Part shown: positions 48,956-60,436 of the stretch, piece by piece
Layout: each line of letters starts with the position of its first letter
Numbering within the stretch: the first letter of the stretch is position 1
From: Pseudovirgaria hyperparasitica
Lineage: Eukaryota
Length of the DNA stretch: 64,000 nucleotides
Reading direction: 5' to 3' (one strand)
Assembly (NCBI GenBank): GCA_010093815.1
Contig: ML996580.1
Made by a program: the position numbers and the translations under genes
Notes under the pieces: generated by a model
The model's database searches: none
What the model was told of the DNA's origin: nothing
Seen by the model: only the letters and a program-made list of their open reading frames with translations

Positions 48956-49565
48956 ATGTTCCAAACATCATCTTCAATCATCTTCAGAAGATCAAGCTTG
49001 CTAAGAACAACTGCTCGTACAGTAGCCCGATCGACCGCCAGACAAGCATCCACAACAACGCCCTTTGCGCACCCACTAACAACACCGAGATCAACCCTCC
49101 CGAAACCACCACACACCTCCTCAACCCGTCTCTTCACCCAGACCTCCAAGATGAGTGGCAAGGAAGGCGTGCACAACCTCCAGAAGAAAGAGGACTGGGC
49201 CAAGGCCCTCGAGGAGAGCAAGGAGACCGTCCTCGTGCTCGACTGCTTCGCCACCTGGTGCGGACCCTGCAAGACCATTGCGCCGTTCGTCGTCAAGTAA
49301 GTCTCTCTCTCCTCCCCCTGTTGCATAGCCAGCATATATACAGCATATCTAACAATTGCCCCCCCAACATAGACTGTCCGAGAAGTACCCGACGGCCAAG
49401 TTCTACAAGATCGACGTCGACGAGCTTCCCGAAGTCGCCGAGGAACTCGAGATTCGCGCCATGCCGACATTCTTGATCTACAAGAACGGCGTCAAGCAGA
49501 CGCCCGTTGTCGGTGCTAACCCGTCTTCGCTCGAGAAGGCGGTTAAGGAGGCTGTGGAGGGATGA
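48956..49565 (+). CDS. TRX: Thioredoxin with an N-terminal mitochondrial-type presequence; second in-frame ATG at 49151; intron 49297-49372
   Basis: WCGPC active site, FYKIDVDE, AMPTF and VVGAN. The upstream 65 aa are R/S/T-rich with no acidic residues. Confidence 0.95.
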
Positions 49566-50584
49566 TGATGAAGATGATTACTTGTCCACGTGACTGGGAT
49601 TTTGTACGGTCTTCTTGATGGGACTGTGAGGCTGTGAGGGTGTGATACAGGCCGTATGTAGAGAAATACAAAGACTGTTGGCTTGATTGTTTGTTTGGAC
49701 CTGCGTAGTGCATACTTTGCTCCCTTGCTTCTTGCCCCTTCTTGCTTTTTTGCTATACATGTATGCGTAACATGCCATACCCCGTGTCATTTGATCTACC
49801 CGCACGCTCTCCCTCTATCAGTCTTATCTCCTCTCCTTCTCTCTCATCCCGAGCGAGCCCAGATCAACCTCCCCTAGAACGCCGCCCCCTTTCTAAACCC
49901 CATTTTGGGAGATAGAGATCCCATCTTCTGCTTTTGCTTTTACTTTTGCATTTGTCTTTCTTTTTTTTGCATTGTATAGTTGTGCATTCTTATATCTGCG
50001 GGGCTTATATGTAGTTCTATGTTGTTTATGATTAGTGGTGGGTGTAGGTGTACTCTTGAGAAGTGGGTAGGAAGGAGTTGGGAGTTGGGAGTGACAGGGT
50101 ATTGAAAAGTGGGGAGTGTGGAGTGAGGCGTGGGGTGTGAGGGTGTAAGAGGGTGTAAGATGGAGATGTACTTTGGTAGTGTTGGTGGTGGTTATGGTAG
50201 TAGTGGTGGTGGTGATATAAGGGGCTGAAGTAGCTTGTAGGCTGTGAGCTGTGAGATGCTAGGCTGTGAGCTGTGAGATGCTAGGCTGTGGGATCATGAG
50301 GAGTAGATGGTGCGGGGTATCATGGTGTGCTATGGCTTGAAGTGACATACCACATTCCTGAGTTGGATCTGTGATACGGATTCATAAAATTAAAACTGGT
50401 GGGGTTATGATATATCATATGATATGTGTTTGTGGTATGGATCTATGATATGGATTTATGATATGGATTTATGATATGTGTTTGTGATATGGATTTATGA
50501 AATGGAGTTATAATCTTGAGCTCAGTGTGTTTCTGATATAGATTCCATAATGCAAATTCCTAAATCCATCCCATCCCCTTAGGC

Positions 50585-50668
50585 CCCAATCCCCATCTCC
50601 CAATCCCCATCTCCCAATCCCCATCTCCCAATCCCCATCTCCCAATCCCCATCTCCCAATCCCCATCT
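50585..50668. repeat. 14-bp minisatellite (CCCAATCCCCATCT) x6
   Basis: Perfect tandem copies. Confidence 0.97.
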
Positions 50669-51030
50669 CCCCAATTTCACACTCTTACCAATCCACTCCC
50701 TATCATCTCCTGATTCCTTCCATTTTTCGAAGTGTGCCAGTCCTACTAGTAAGCAGGCTGTTTGACTTGCCATGTATAAATCTCGCCGATTCATGGGTTG
50801 ATGGATTGGTGGCTTTGGGAACTTCTTTGGAAACTTCTTTGGGAACTTGGGAAGAATGGGGAAGAAGAAGAATAGGGAAGAATGGGGTATGCGGTAGAAG
50901 GGTGTGCGTATGGATGGGAAGAGATGTCGTGGATTTGGGAGTATGACAGGTTTTGAATTGGAGGTTTGATGGGGTGTGTGTCTGTGGGTACTATTGGTGT
51001 CGGGTTGATTCAGGATCAAGTTCATGTTAA

Positions 51031-51110
51031 GCCGAGTCGAGTCGAGTCGAGTCGATTCAGTTTCAAGTCAAGTCGAGTAAAGTCGAGTCAAGCCAAGCCA
51101 AGCCAAGTCA
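51031..51110. repeat. Degenerate pentanucleotide array (GAGTC/AAGTC/AAGCC)n
   Basis: Directly visible tandem pentamers. Confidence 0.9.
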
Positions 51111-51493
51111 ATTATGCCGTGTTCATGGCCGTGGATCGTAGCTAGATACTCCAGATATTGGATTTGTGAGCGGAGGATCAAAGGCAAAGTAAGGGGTACA
51201 TGGACAAAGATAGAGACTGAGAGCAATGGACACGGAGGACACTAGTCGTGGACATTCTAGTGGTGATTCCAGTGGCAGTTCAAGCTCAAGTGTGCTTTAT
51301 GAGCTTGGGCTGCGTGTGCCTGATCTGTGAGGTCGTGTTTGAGTGTGGAGATGGGGTTGGTACATGGTACAGTTCAGGGCCAGGCTGCAATGGAACACTG
51401 CTTGCTGGCGAGCGCTTGTCGACGAGGGCTTGATGAGATGCATTAGGGCCAGATGGACTTGGTAATCACGCAGTGGAAAGCGTAAGGCGTTGG

Positions 51494-52900
51494 ACTTACC
51501 TGATTATACGCGCAACCTGAGTACAGTACGTGAAGAAGGACAGTATTTTGTCGTGTTATGGGCATGGACATGAACGTGGACATGGACGTTGGCTTGAACT
51601 TGGACATGGACGTTGGTTTGAACATGGAATGCAACAGAGGCAACAGGTAATGCAGTACCAGCAGGTTCAGACGCTCAAGATGTCACGCGCGAGGTGTCCC
51701 AGTAGCATGAGCGGTCATAGAATACAAGCTGAACAGTGACACACGTTGATAGGAGACATAGCAAGACAGGTCACTGACAAAGACGCAAAGTATGAGCGAG
51801 TATGATCTTTGTATTAATCATTGTATATACTACGAGAAGACATTCGCCAGAAATGAAGACAGAGAGCGAAGTTATTGCGATCAGAACCCAAGAAGCTTTA
51901 CCTCTAACCTACAGGAGAACAACGAGCAGCAAAGAATGTCTAAACCGCTCAAAGTCCTCCAGTAAGCCCTGACCATGAGTAGCATTTTTCTGGGTACCCA
52001 TAAGATGGGCATTCATCATCTCGCATGTGCTCAAAAGGAATCAATGAAGACTTACCAGTGGTATGTAAGATCTGCTATAAAAAGGAAGTGAGAAGTTAGC
52101 ACAAGCCGCAAAAAGGAGAAGGGTGTGTGGTGTGTTAGATCTGCAGTAAGGAGTGAGAACTTAGCATAGGCCATGAATAACATATGAGTTTCAGCATTTG
52201 TCTGTGGTGTGTGGGATCTGCCAAAATAAGGGAAAAGTTAGCAGGGGCCACGAGGGAGAGAAGACTTATCTGCATTCGGCATGTGTTTGAGGCGTGTGGG
52301 ATCTGCCATAAGAAGTGAGAAGTCAGCAGAGTCTATAGAGAAGGGAAGGGTATGTGGTGTGTTAGATCTGCCATAAGAAGTGGATGGAAACTTAGCATGT
52401 GTTTGAGGCGTGTGGGATCTGCCATAAGAAGTGAGAAGTTAGCAGAGATCATGACGAAGAGAAGAGTATGAGCAGGTGTAAGCATCAGTCAAAAATCAGA
52501 AAAAAGGGCAGTCCCTGACAGGGCGACCACCAACCAACAACATCCATTGGTCTTCAAGCCGACGTGAGCCAGCCGTCAGTAACCCAATTTTTTTGTGGAC
52601 AGGAACGAGGCGGCAATTGGTCAAAGTGAAACACTACAAAAGACAAACAATTGCAATCTCGAAACGAGACCCAAAACCAAAGAGAGAGGATGAATCATCA
52701 TGTGAGACTGGAGAATGGAGTGATGTGAAGTGTGATGGTTGAACTTACTTGAGTGGATCTGATGAAGAGCGGCGAGTGATGTATGAAGGGAAGTCTGGTG
52801 GTGGTCAGCCTTAGATGCTGACAGGAAGGAGAGAAGGAAAGCAGATGCCAGGAAGCGAAGCTGCTGTTGGAGCTGAATCCGGTTTGAAGCTGTGGGATGA
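51494..52900 (-). ncRNA. Putative spliced non-coding transcript (or very long spliced 5' leader)
   Basis: TATA box, ATG-less first exon, donor at 52748, acceptor array, and micro-exons 52056-52071, 51902-51908 and 51500-51516. No substantial ORF. Inferred from splice signals only. Confidence 0.4.
52050..52445 (-). repeat. Six imperfect tandem units, each resembling an intron 3' end (branch point, pyrimidine tract, GCAG|ATC)
   Basis: Plus-strand GATCTGC at 52069, 52138, 52215, 52300, 52365 and 52416. On the minus strand each is preceded by GCTAAC, GCTGAC or GCTAAG. Confidence 0.85.
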
Positions 52901-52932
52901 AGGAGGAAGAGATTTTTAGTAGGGGAGAATCT

Positions 52933-52940
52933 CTTATATA
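52933..52940 (-). promoter_or_regulatory. Candidate TATA box (TATATAAG) followed by a CT-rich start region
   Basis: The minus strand reads GTATATAAGAG..CTCTTCCTCCTTCATCCC. A GTAAGT donor follows at 52748. Confidence 0.5.
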
Positions 52941-53764
52941 CTTTTCCAGACAATCAGGGTCCTGATCCGTGCTTTCTCGCCTCTGGCAAGACATCGGCAG
53001 CTCTCTAGCGCTTCGAGTGTATAGGTGTAGCCAATGGGAGGGTGGCAGGAAGGGATGTGTAAGCAGGGAATGGGAGGATTGGGGGGTGAAGGACGAGGAC
53101 GGACGATGAGAGAGCTGGAAGCGATTTCTGGCGGCGGCAAAACGAGGCTGGACCGTCACAACCACGGGGGATTTTCACGTAGAAAGTAGATTCAGTTGTA
53201 GACATAGACCAGGGCTACAAGCCCGTATACTTTTATTGATAGAAGAAGACGTTGTCGTGGCGGCGTCGACGTGAGAGCGGATGAAATCGAGTTTGACAAA
53301 GTTGCCGCAGTGAAGACTATGATCCCACACTGAGTTTGCACATCATGAATTCGGGGATAACCACCATGAAAACTATATGCATCGCTTCGTCTATCTTGTA
53401 GCTAGCCCCTCATGATTTTCCCCTGAGGATATTATTTTGTTGTTGATGTCCAGTGGCCGGGGAGGTGTGAGGGCATGTGGAGGGCATTCGCGGCGTCGGG
53501 AGGACAGCTTGGGAGACCGGCGACAGGAAGGCTGCAGATGGCAATGCAAGACGGAATAGATGTATTATCCTACAGACAGTAAGCTATAGACAGATCCAGA
53601 CCTTCATTCGACGACAATATCTAGAGAATTCGTCGTCGTAGGGGCTGAAGACACTGCCGGGCGTGGACATACAATCCCACACCGTATAGTGGGCAAGGCC
53701 GACCTGCAATTTCGCACTTTGATATCGTCGTTCCACCCACCACGAACCTTCAACATTCCTTCAT

Positions 53765-53858
53765 CCCCAACACCACACGACAACCACCACCATCAACACC
53801 ACCACCAACAACAACAGCAACGACAACACCAACAACAACACCACCACCAACACCACCA
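53765..53858. repeat. Imperfect (CAA/CAC)n trinucleotide tract
   Basis: Visible immediately upstream of the ATG at 53859. Confidence 0.85.
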
Positions 53859-54146
53859 ATGGCTGCCAGCAGCCAAGCAACAGAGAGGGGGGAGAGGGCG
53901 CCACCAGTTGGCAAGGACCCCTCCTCTATCCAGCAATGGATAGAGGAGGTGGAGAGCGAAGAAGAAGAGGAAGAAGAAGAAGACGACGACGATGGGTCGC
54001 CGCAGGAGTCGGAGGGGGATGAGAATCCCACCGAAGACGAAGACGAAGAGGACTGTGCCTGGGACTGCTGTCGCTGCTCCTCCGAGGCACAGGAGGGGGA
54101 CTCCTGCGGTGCCTGTCAGCACGAGCGGTGTTTGGCGTGTCTTTGA
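53859..54146 (+). CDS. Small acidic protein with C-terminal double zinc-ribbon-like motif
   Basis: 95 aa. An E/D tract followed by WDCCRC-x9-CGACQHERCLAC. Confidence 0.7.
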   Translation: MAASSQATERGERAPPVGKDPSSIQQWIEEVESEEEEEEEEDDDDGSPQESEGDENPTEDEDEEDCAWDCCRCSSEAQEGDSCGACQHERCLACL

Positions 54147-54366
54147 TACCCATACCTGACGCAAGTAAGTAAACTCCAGACATATCCAAGGACTAGCACC
54201 GAGCAGTAGACACACAGAAACACATGAGGAAAGGGAATAGTACAAGGGTGGAACCTTACAGTCTCCATAGCTATCAAAGGGAAAGCCAATTCCGCCAGGA
54301 ATTGAGCCTACATCCCTGGCATACCACACGAACTTGAAGCAGTTCTATCAGTCATCGATTGCTAAT

Positions 54367-57300
54367 TCACAAATTCGCTCTAGGCTTTCCCATCGTCGTA
54401 CGTCTTCTTCGTTGTTTCTTGTCCGGCTCCGGGCCCAGCGGGGCCACCGGTTTGGCGGCGGCAGCAGCATCGTCAAACAACTGCTGACCACAAATCTCGA
54501 CCAGTGCCAGTACACGTGTTTGCACCGTCGCCCCGTCTCGCCTGTTCTTCCTAAAAAAAAAATCAGTAAAAGTACCGTGGGCAATTCCGCTCACATACCC
54601 TTCTCTCCTACTCTGCGAAATCATCTCCGCCCAGTCCCACAGCTTGCCCTTCGCCAGAATACGACCAGTCTTGGGGTCGCGAGAGGGCCTCCAGTCGTCA
54701 GCAAGTCTCAGCGTTGGCGGGACTTTCGAGTCTTTCGTCTTCGCTGACGATACTATAATCCCCTCTTCCTCAAAGCGTTGATAGGCGTTTTTGAGCGTCT
54801 CCTTATTCACAGCCTCAAAATACGACAGGTCGCCCTGATGGTATAACGTCTTGCCGAGCTAGAAAAGGAGGAAACGTCAGGCAAACAGATCTTCACACAC
54901 ACACAACGCTACACCACAGCACAAACATAAGAATCGTGAGACATACCAGTTGTGCTTGATCCTGTACCTTCTTCGTCTCGAGCCAGACCTGCGACGATGC
55001 AATAGGGGGCGTGAGCATTATAAGACTCACGGCACCCAGCCAACTCGCCTCAATGAATGGCCAGATCAAGAAACAGTAGAAATCGAAATTTTCGCGGCCC
55101 CTCTCTCGTTCCCTCTCGCTCAGCTCAACGAAGCGGATCTCACCTTGCGGTAGCGCTGAGAGCTCAGAAGCACCATCTGATGGAGCCACAGGAGATGGCC
55201 CATCACGAACAACAGTCACCACATCGTCATTTTCGAGAGAGCGAATAGTCTTGCCCAAGTTGGCCTCGAGACCTTCCGTTGGGAAAATGAACTCGCCGCG
55301 GAAGAGCTGCATACTACATTAGATACTGGCAAGAGCTGTAAACATGCAGGAAGACGACATACCTGAGAAAGAAAGTACACATGATCACGCAACTCCGTGT
55401 AGGAGATCCTCTGTTCTTGACGCCCGCCGCCCTGCTTGACACGTATATACATGCTAGCACTGGTAAGAGCCTGGAGAATGAAGAGATGGATCGTCATATT
55501 GCGGTAGAATGAGAGCTGGAACCTGAGCATCATCAGCAAGGCATTCCAAACGTGCGCTGGCAAAAACAGCATACCTGTCGACTGCGTAGTATGTATCTTC
55601 AGGCAGTCCTTGGACGACACCAACAAGATCAGCACCAAGAACATCTAATCCTCTCTCAACGACGACACTTGTTGGCAGACCCGAGAAATGTGCAACACGA
55701 CCTCCTTGAGAACGCACACGGTCGCTTAGCCATTCGACACGACGTATCAATTCTGATTTCCCAACACCACGACCTCTCAGGGTCAAGAGTACGGTGCCGA
55801 TCAAGGCCGTAGGCATCACAACAGACACTTCATTGATCTCCGACAGGACACGGTACCCCAGAGTTCTTAGAAGACGGAGCCTCGTCTCCTTATCATCGAT
55901 ACGCTTAGGCATCTTGCTGTAGCGTGCGATTTGCTGATCAATGAAACCCCTCAAACTCCACGGCTCATGAAAGCGAACATCGACACGTCCAAGTTTGAGC
56001 GAGAGGATTGAAGATGCAGACAGGAAGTCCATCAGGTTCTCTTTTTGCTTCGGCTGCCCGAGGAGCTCACTTATATATGAACTGAAGAGCACGATCAGCA
56101 CCAATTGAGTCGCTATACCCGCGAGATGAGCACTTACTCTACTTCAATGACTTTGTCATACTGCGTGCTGACAGGACATATTATGGTGTCCTTGACACGA
56201 CCAGACAGTACACTATCGAGGATATAGCTGAGCACACCGAATTTAGGAGGAAGAAGCTTTCCGGTTCTCGAGCGCCCGCCCTCTGTATCTTATTAGCAGG
56301 TGCATTTGCATTCATGCGAGATCATCCTACTCACCAACAAAACATTCGAAGTTGAAACCATCCTGAAGCAATACGTCGATATAGGCTTGCACCATCGTAA
56401 CGTAGAGCTGATCGTCACCAAAGCTCCTGCGAATCCACATAGCGCCTACAGGGATAATTGTGTCAGCTCACATGTCTCTCATATTCATGCTTTGGCAACA
56501 GTCCAATAAGTTCTGATACACACGACTCTCCACGCAGCACTCATGAACGCCACCATGAAGTCTGCCTCCAGGAGTACCAATGCTGTTTCCTTCAAATCAA
56601 ATCGAACAATGTACATTGGCTACACATGCCACCGCATGTATCGTAACAATGAGGACTTCGCCATGCGACAGGCATACTGAGAGATGGTCAACTTACCTGC
56701 ATGCTGCAGAAATGTTCCAACAAGAGGAAAATTCAAGTTGTCGCCAGCTACCACGGTTGGAAGCGCAAGCCCAAGCCGATAACAGACCAATTGCAACGAG
56801 ACGTAGTCAACGTGTGATCTATGACAAGGCAGGAACACAATCGACTGCTTATTCTTGGCCGCCTCTGTAGCCACTGCTCGTAGACGAAGGACCTCCTCGC
56901 TGGACACATGGATGCCTGTCTCAGATCAGCCCTGTACAGCCATGTCACAACACAGTATCATGGACATTTATCTGACCTTGATGGTATGCCCTCGTCAACA
57001 GCTGTGTCGCCAGATAGTAGGCCCCACGGATAAAGCTTTTACTCTCCATCTTGCAAATCATATTATCCGTAATATCCTCCGCAACCTCTCTGATCTGCTC
57101 GCCAATCTCTTGCCTCCTCCTGGCGCGATCCTTCTTCCCCAGAGTCCCTTGCTCAATCTCAACATCCACTCTTCCGCCCGCAAGTTTCGCGATTCTCTCT
57201 TGTACCCGCACATCCTGCATCACCCGGTTCTTCATCCGCTCGCTGAAGCCAGAGTAGAAAATTGGCTGACCCACGATCGAGTCGTATGATCGCCACCCGG

Positions 57301-57511
57301 TCCCGGATACGTACAGCGAGACCTCGCGTAGGAAGTCCATGGGCGAAGTCCGGAATCGTGCCATGTTGTCTATCAGGTTTTCCTCGGAGCTGGGCGCGTC
57401 GTAGCCCGCGGGGTGGAGCGCGACGTGGTCGCCGCGGATCGAGATGTCAGGAGCAGCCGTGGAGGCATCGCGTGCTGCCGCTGCAGGTGAGGAGCTTCTT
57501 GATGACGGCAT
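54367..57511 (-). CDS. GPAT/DHAPAT (PlsB/GNPAT-family) acyltransferase; multi-exon; C-terminal ANL
   Basis: FLPCHRSHVDY (HxxxxD), GAMWIRRSFG, FECFV/EGGRSRTGKLL, PVSTQYDKVIE and ELLGQPKQKENL. All introns join in frame. Ends MGKPRANL*. Confidence 0.93.
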
Positions 57512-59353
57512 TATGGTTGAGGGGAGGTTGTGCTGTGGTGTGGGTGATTTTTTTGTTGTGCAATCGCAGGTTGTGGGATTCGTGGTGCGGTTTTGGGGCT
57601 TCGACGTTGCGCAGAGAGATCTACACGAATGCTTTCTTTTCCCCCCTGGGTCTATCAAGCGCAGGGTACTCGGAATTTTGAAAGGAGATGCGCTTGGTGC
57701 TGTTCGTTGTCGAGGATATTCGCGAGGGTGGGCGTCGCTGGGAATTCGAGTCTTGACGAAGCTATGGTATGCGAAACAACCCGAGTCTTTTGGCAGTCTT
57801 CCTCGGAGAAGATATCTACTACAAGGTTACCTCGACCGAAGTGCCTTCCTCTCCAGCCCAGCAAGGCAAGGAAGCCGTAATCGAGTGTCGTCGCGAGGTC
57901 CGCTTGTTACCTAGGTAGATGCGTATAGGTGATGAAATGCGAAATGAAGCAGTCCTTTTATCTTCTTCAAAGTTGCGAACCTTTCAATCTCGACCAGACA
58001 ACCTTGTCGCCAGGTCTCCGCTTGCTCTGCACGAAGACTTGACAAGCAGGAGCATGATGATATCAAGCATGGTGGTATGGCGTCCAATGAGGGGGGTGAT
58101 ATACAGAAGGTTAGTTCGGATTATTAGCTTCTGTGCTTTGGCCCCGATCACGAAACCTTGGAAGGGAGGGAGCCGCGGCACGATGGGATGTCGTCTCTCC
58201 TGTGGGGAAAACTTTCCAGCCAGAGCCCTGTGGGTCTGTCTCCCCTAACCGAAACAGACTTTACCACATTTGCTCAAACGTGAGCGAATATGCACTGCTA
58301 TGTTAATACACCTGCAGACGAGGTTCGTGATATCTTACATATTGAACCAGGAAAAATGGAGAAGAGTCCTTGTATGTGCTCTCTTGCTTTCTTTTCCTAT
58401 AACCCCCCTGCCAACTTCTGACATGGCCGTGAATCTACTTGATGAGAACATCACCCTAGACGCTACGACATGATTAGGGAGAAAGTATCGTACCTAAACT
58501 AAATAAGAGCACATAATTCTCGCATCTTAACGTCCATGACAGACACGAGGCAGGAATTCGCCAATATCAATACTGCTCTTCGTAGCGAAGAACGGAATGA
58601 CAAACATAATACATTGATGTGTCTACTGCCTTGGGGCCTGGTGTCTAAAGCGGACTCTCAAGCAGAGAAAAGCCTACTAATATAGCAGAGCGAGAATGAG
58701 ACGCTAAATTAAACGCATACTAGCATGTCCATGCTGCTGAGTTATATTATCTGGACATATTGCGTTTGTGGTGGTCATGATGATGACAATGATGATGGTG
58801 ATGATAACAACAGTCTTCCTGGACTCGAGACTTGAGCCGGCTTCTATCCCTCCAAGACCCTGCGCGTGAGGAGTCTGAGCAGGTAATAAGCCATCAAGGC
58901 ATGTGCTTGAAGGTCTCAAATTTCAAGGATTGTGATCCAAGTAACTCGATGATTTTGGGCGTGACATAAATAGATGGATGATCGATTGGTTAGCAATAGA
59001 GGGACTGTGCGGAGGATATATTTAGCTTGTTGATTCGGATATATAAGTAGGGATTGGGTCAATTTTGTGACCAAATTGCATTATATTTGTCATCTCCATT
59101 TGATTCGACATGGTCGACTCTATGCTGTTTCGTATACGAAGTACAAGTCTACAAGACCAGCCCACAACCACATGAATCATCCACACATCAAGATATCTAC
59201 GAGAATATAGTAAACAACCGAGCAAACGCCTCTAAATGCAGTTGAATCATGGATGATGTCCTCCACGCCTGAATATGCCGCACCGAATAGGATTTGTGGT
59301 TCCCAGGATCATCTCTTCCGTTCATGGTCGCCTAGGGTACCAGGGTATCTGAA

Positions 59354-60436
59354 TCAAAGGAAATACTCAGTCTGCACCTCTTTGCCTTGCTGGTTCTGTT
59401 GCTCGGCTCGATGTACATCATTTTCTGGAGCTGCTTCAAAAACATTAAAAAATCGTGCTCCTGTGTCGCTGACTTCTAGAACGGAGGCCATGTTACCGCA
59501 GCGATAGCAGTAATTTGGTGCACTCCAGACTGTACTGAGTCGATCTTCGTACAAAACTTGGTATCCTTCTTGACACAGTTGGTGAGCGCGTAGTATATGG
59601 GACATGTTGTTGACCTCCAGAAACTTTTTCACCACTTGAGCACCGAACGTGTATCCGGCACCTCTTGGCGACAGGCTGAATTCATCGCGCTCGGAGTCTG
59701 GATCACTCCACACTAGATCAGCCATGGGCCCCTCGTGAGGAATCTCTCGGAAGCGGTCGATAATCTTGATCTGGTCGATCGAATGTATACTTGGCGACAG
59801 ACCTCCGTGTACGCAGAATATCTGGTCATTGATCACCACGGACAATGTGAGGAAGTCAAACATATCTGTGAAGTAATGCCATACGTTCGCATTGCCATAT
59901 TTTCGACTGCATTCGGTGTAGAATCCGTATGACTGTGTCACTCCTCGAGATTCATGATTACCACGAATAAGGTGTACGCGCTGTGGATATCGAAGTTTGA
60001 GGCACACGAGTAGGGATATTGTTTCGACGCTGAAGAGACCACGGTCAACGTAGTCACCTAAATCGATAAACACCTGTTAGGAGATAGACGCTTTAGCAGT
60101 AGCCTGTGTCGTTACGTACCGAGGAATAGGTAGTTGGTATCTGGGGGAAAGCCGCCAATCCGAAAGATCTCTATCATGTCGAAGAATTGTCCATGTATGT
60201 CGCCCACCACTGTGACTGGAGCCTTGATGTGTACCACATTGCTCTCCTTCATTAGCAGCTCTTTTGCTTTGGCGCATATTGCCTCAATGACTGATTCTGC
60301 GAGGAGCTCTTTCTTGTATAGCCGTTGTATGCATTCGTCGAGGTCCAGGGAGTCTATCGCAAAAATATCAGACCCACTGCAAATTTCATGAGAGTACGAA
60401 CGAGCGAGGAAGAAACTCACTTGGTAGGCCAGGCAT
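59354..60436 (-). CDS. PPG1: PP2A-like Ser/Thr phosphatase catalytic subunit, Ppg1 subfamily; 3 exons
   Basis: GDIHG, GDYVDRG, GNHE, SAPNYC and C-terminal YFL. LDECIQRLYK, TQSYGFYTEC and DQIKIIDRFREIPH match Ppg1 better than Pph21, Pph3 or Sit4, from recall. Confidence 0.92.

Noticed and set aside
50579..51025. 148-aa ORF with KFPK and [10 protein letters not shown] repeats
   Set aside because: Largely built from tandem DNA repeats and low-complexity sequence. No recognisable domain.
51909..52055. ATGATGA (box C-like) in a putative intron, suggesting a C/D snoRNA
   Set aside because: No matching CTGA box D or terminal stem found by eye. Needs snoscan or Infernal.
52050..52445. Repeat-spacer pattern resembling a CRISPR array
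   Set aside because: Eukaryotic context, degenerate repeats, unequal spacers that are partly duplicates of each other, and no cas genes. Splice-signal content explains it better.
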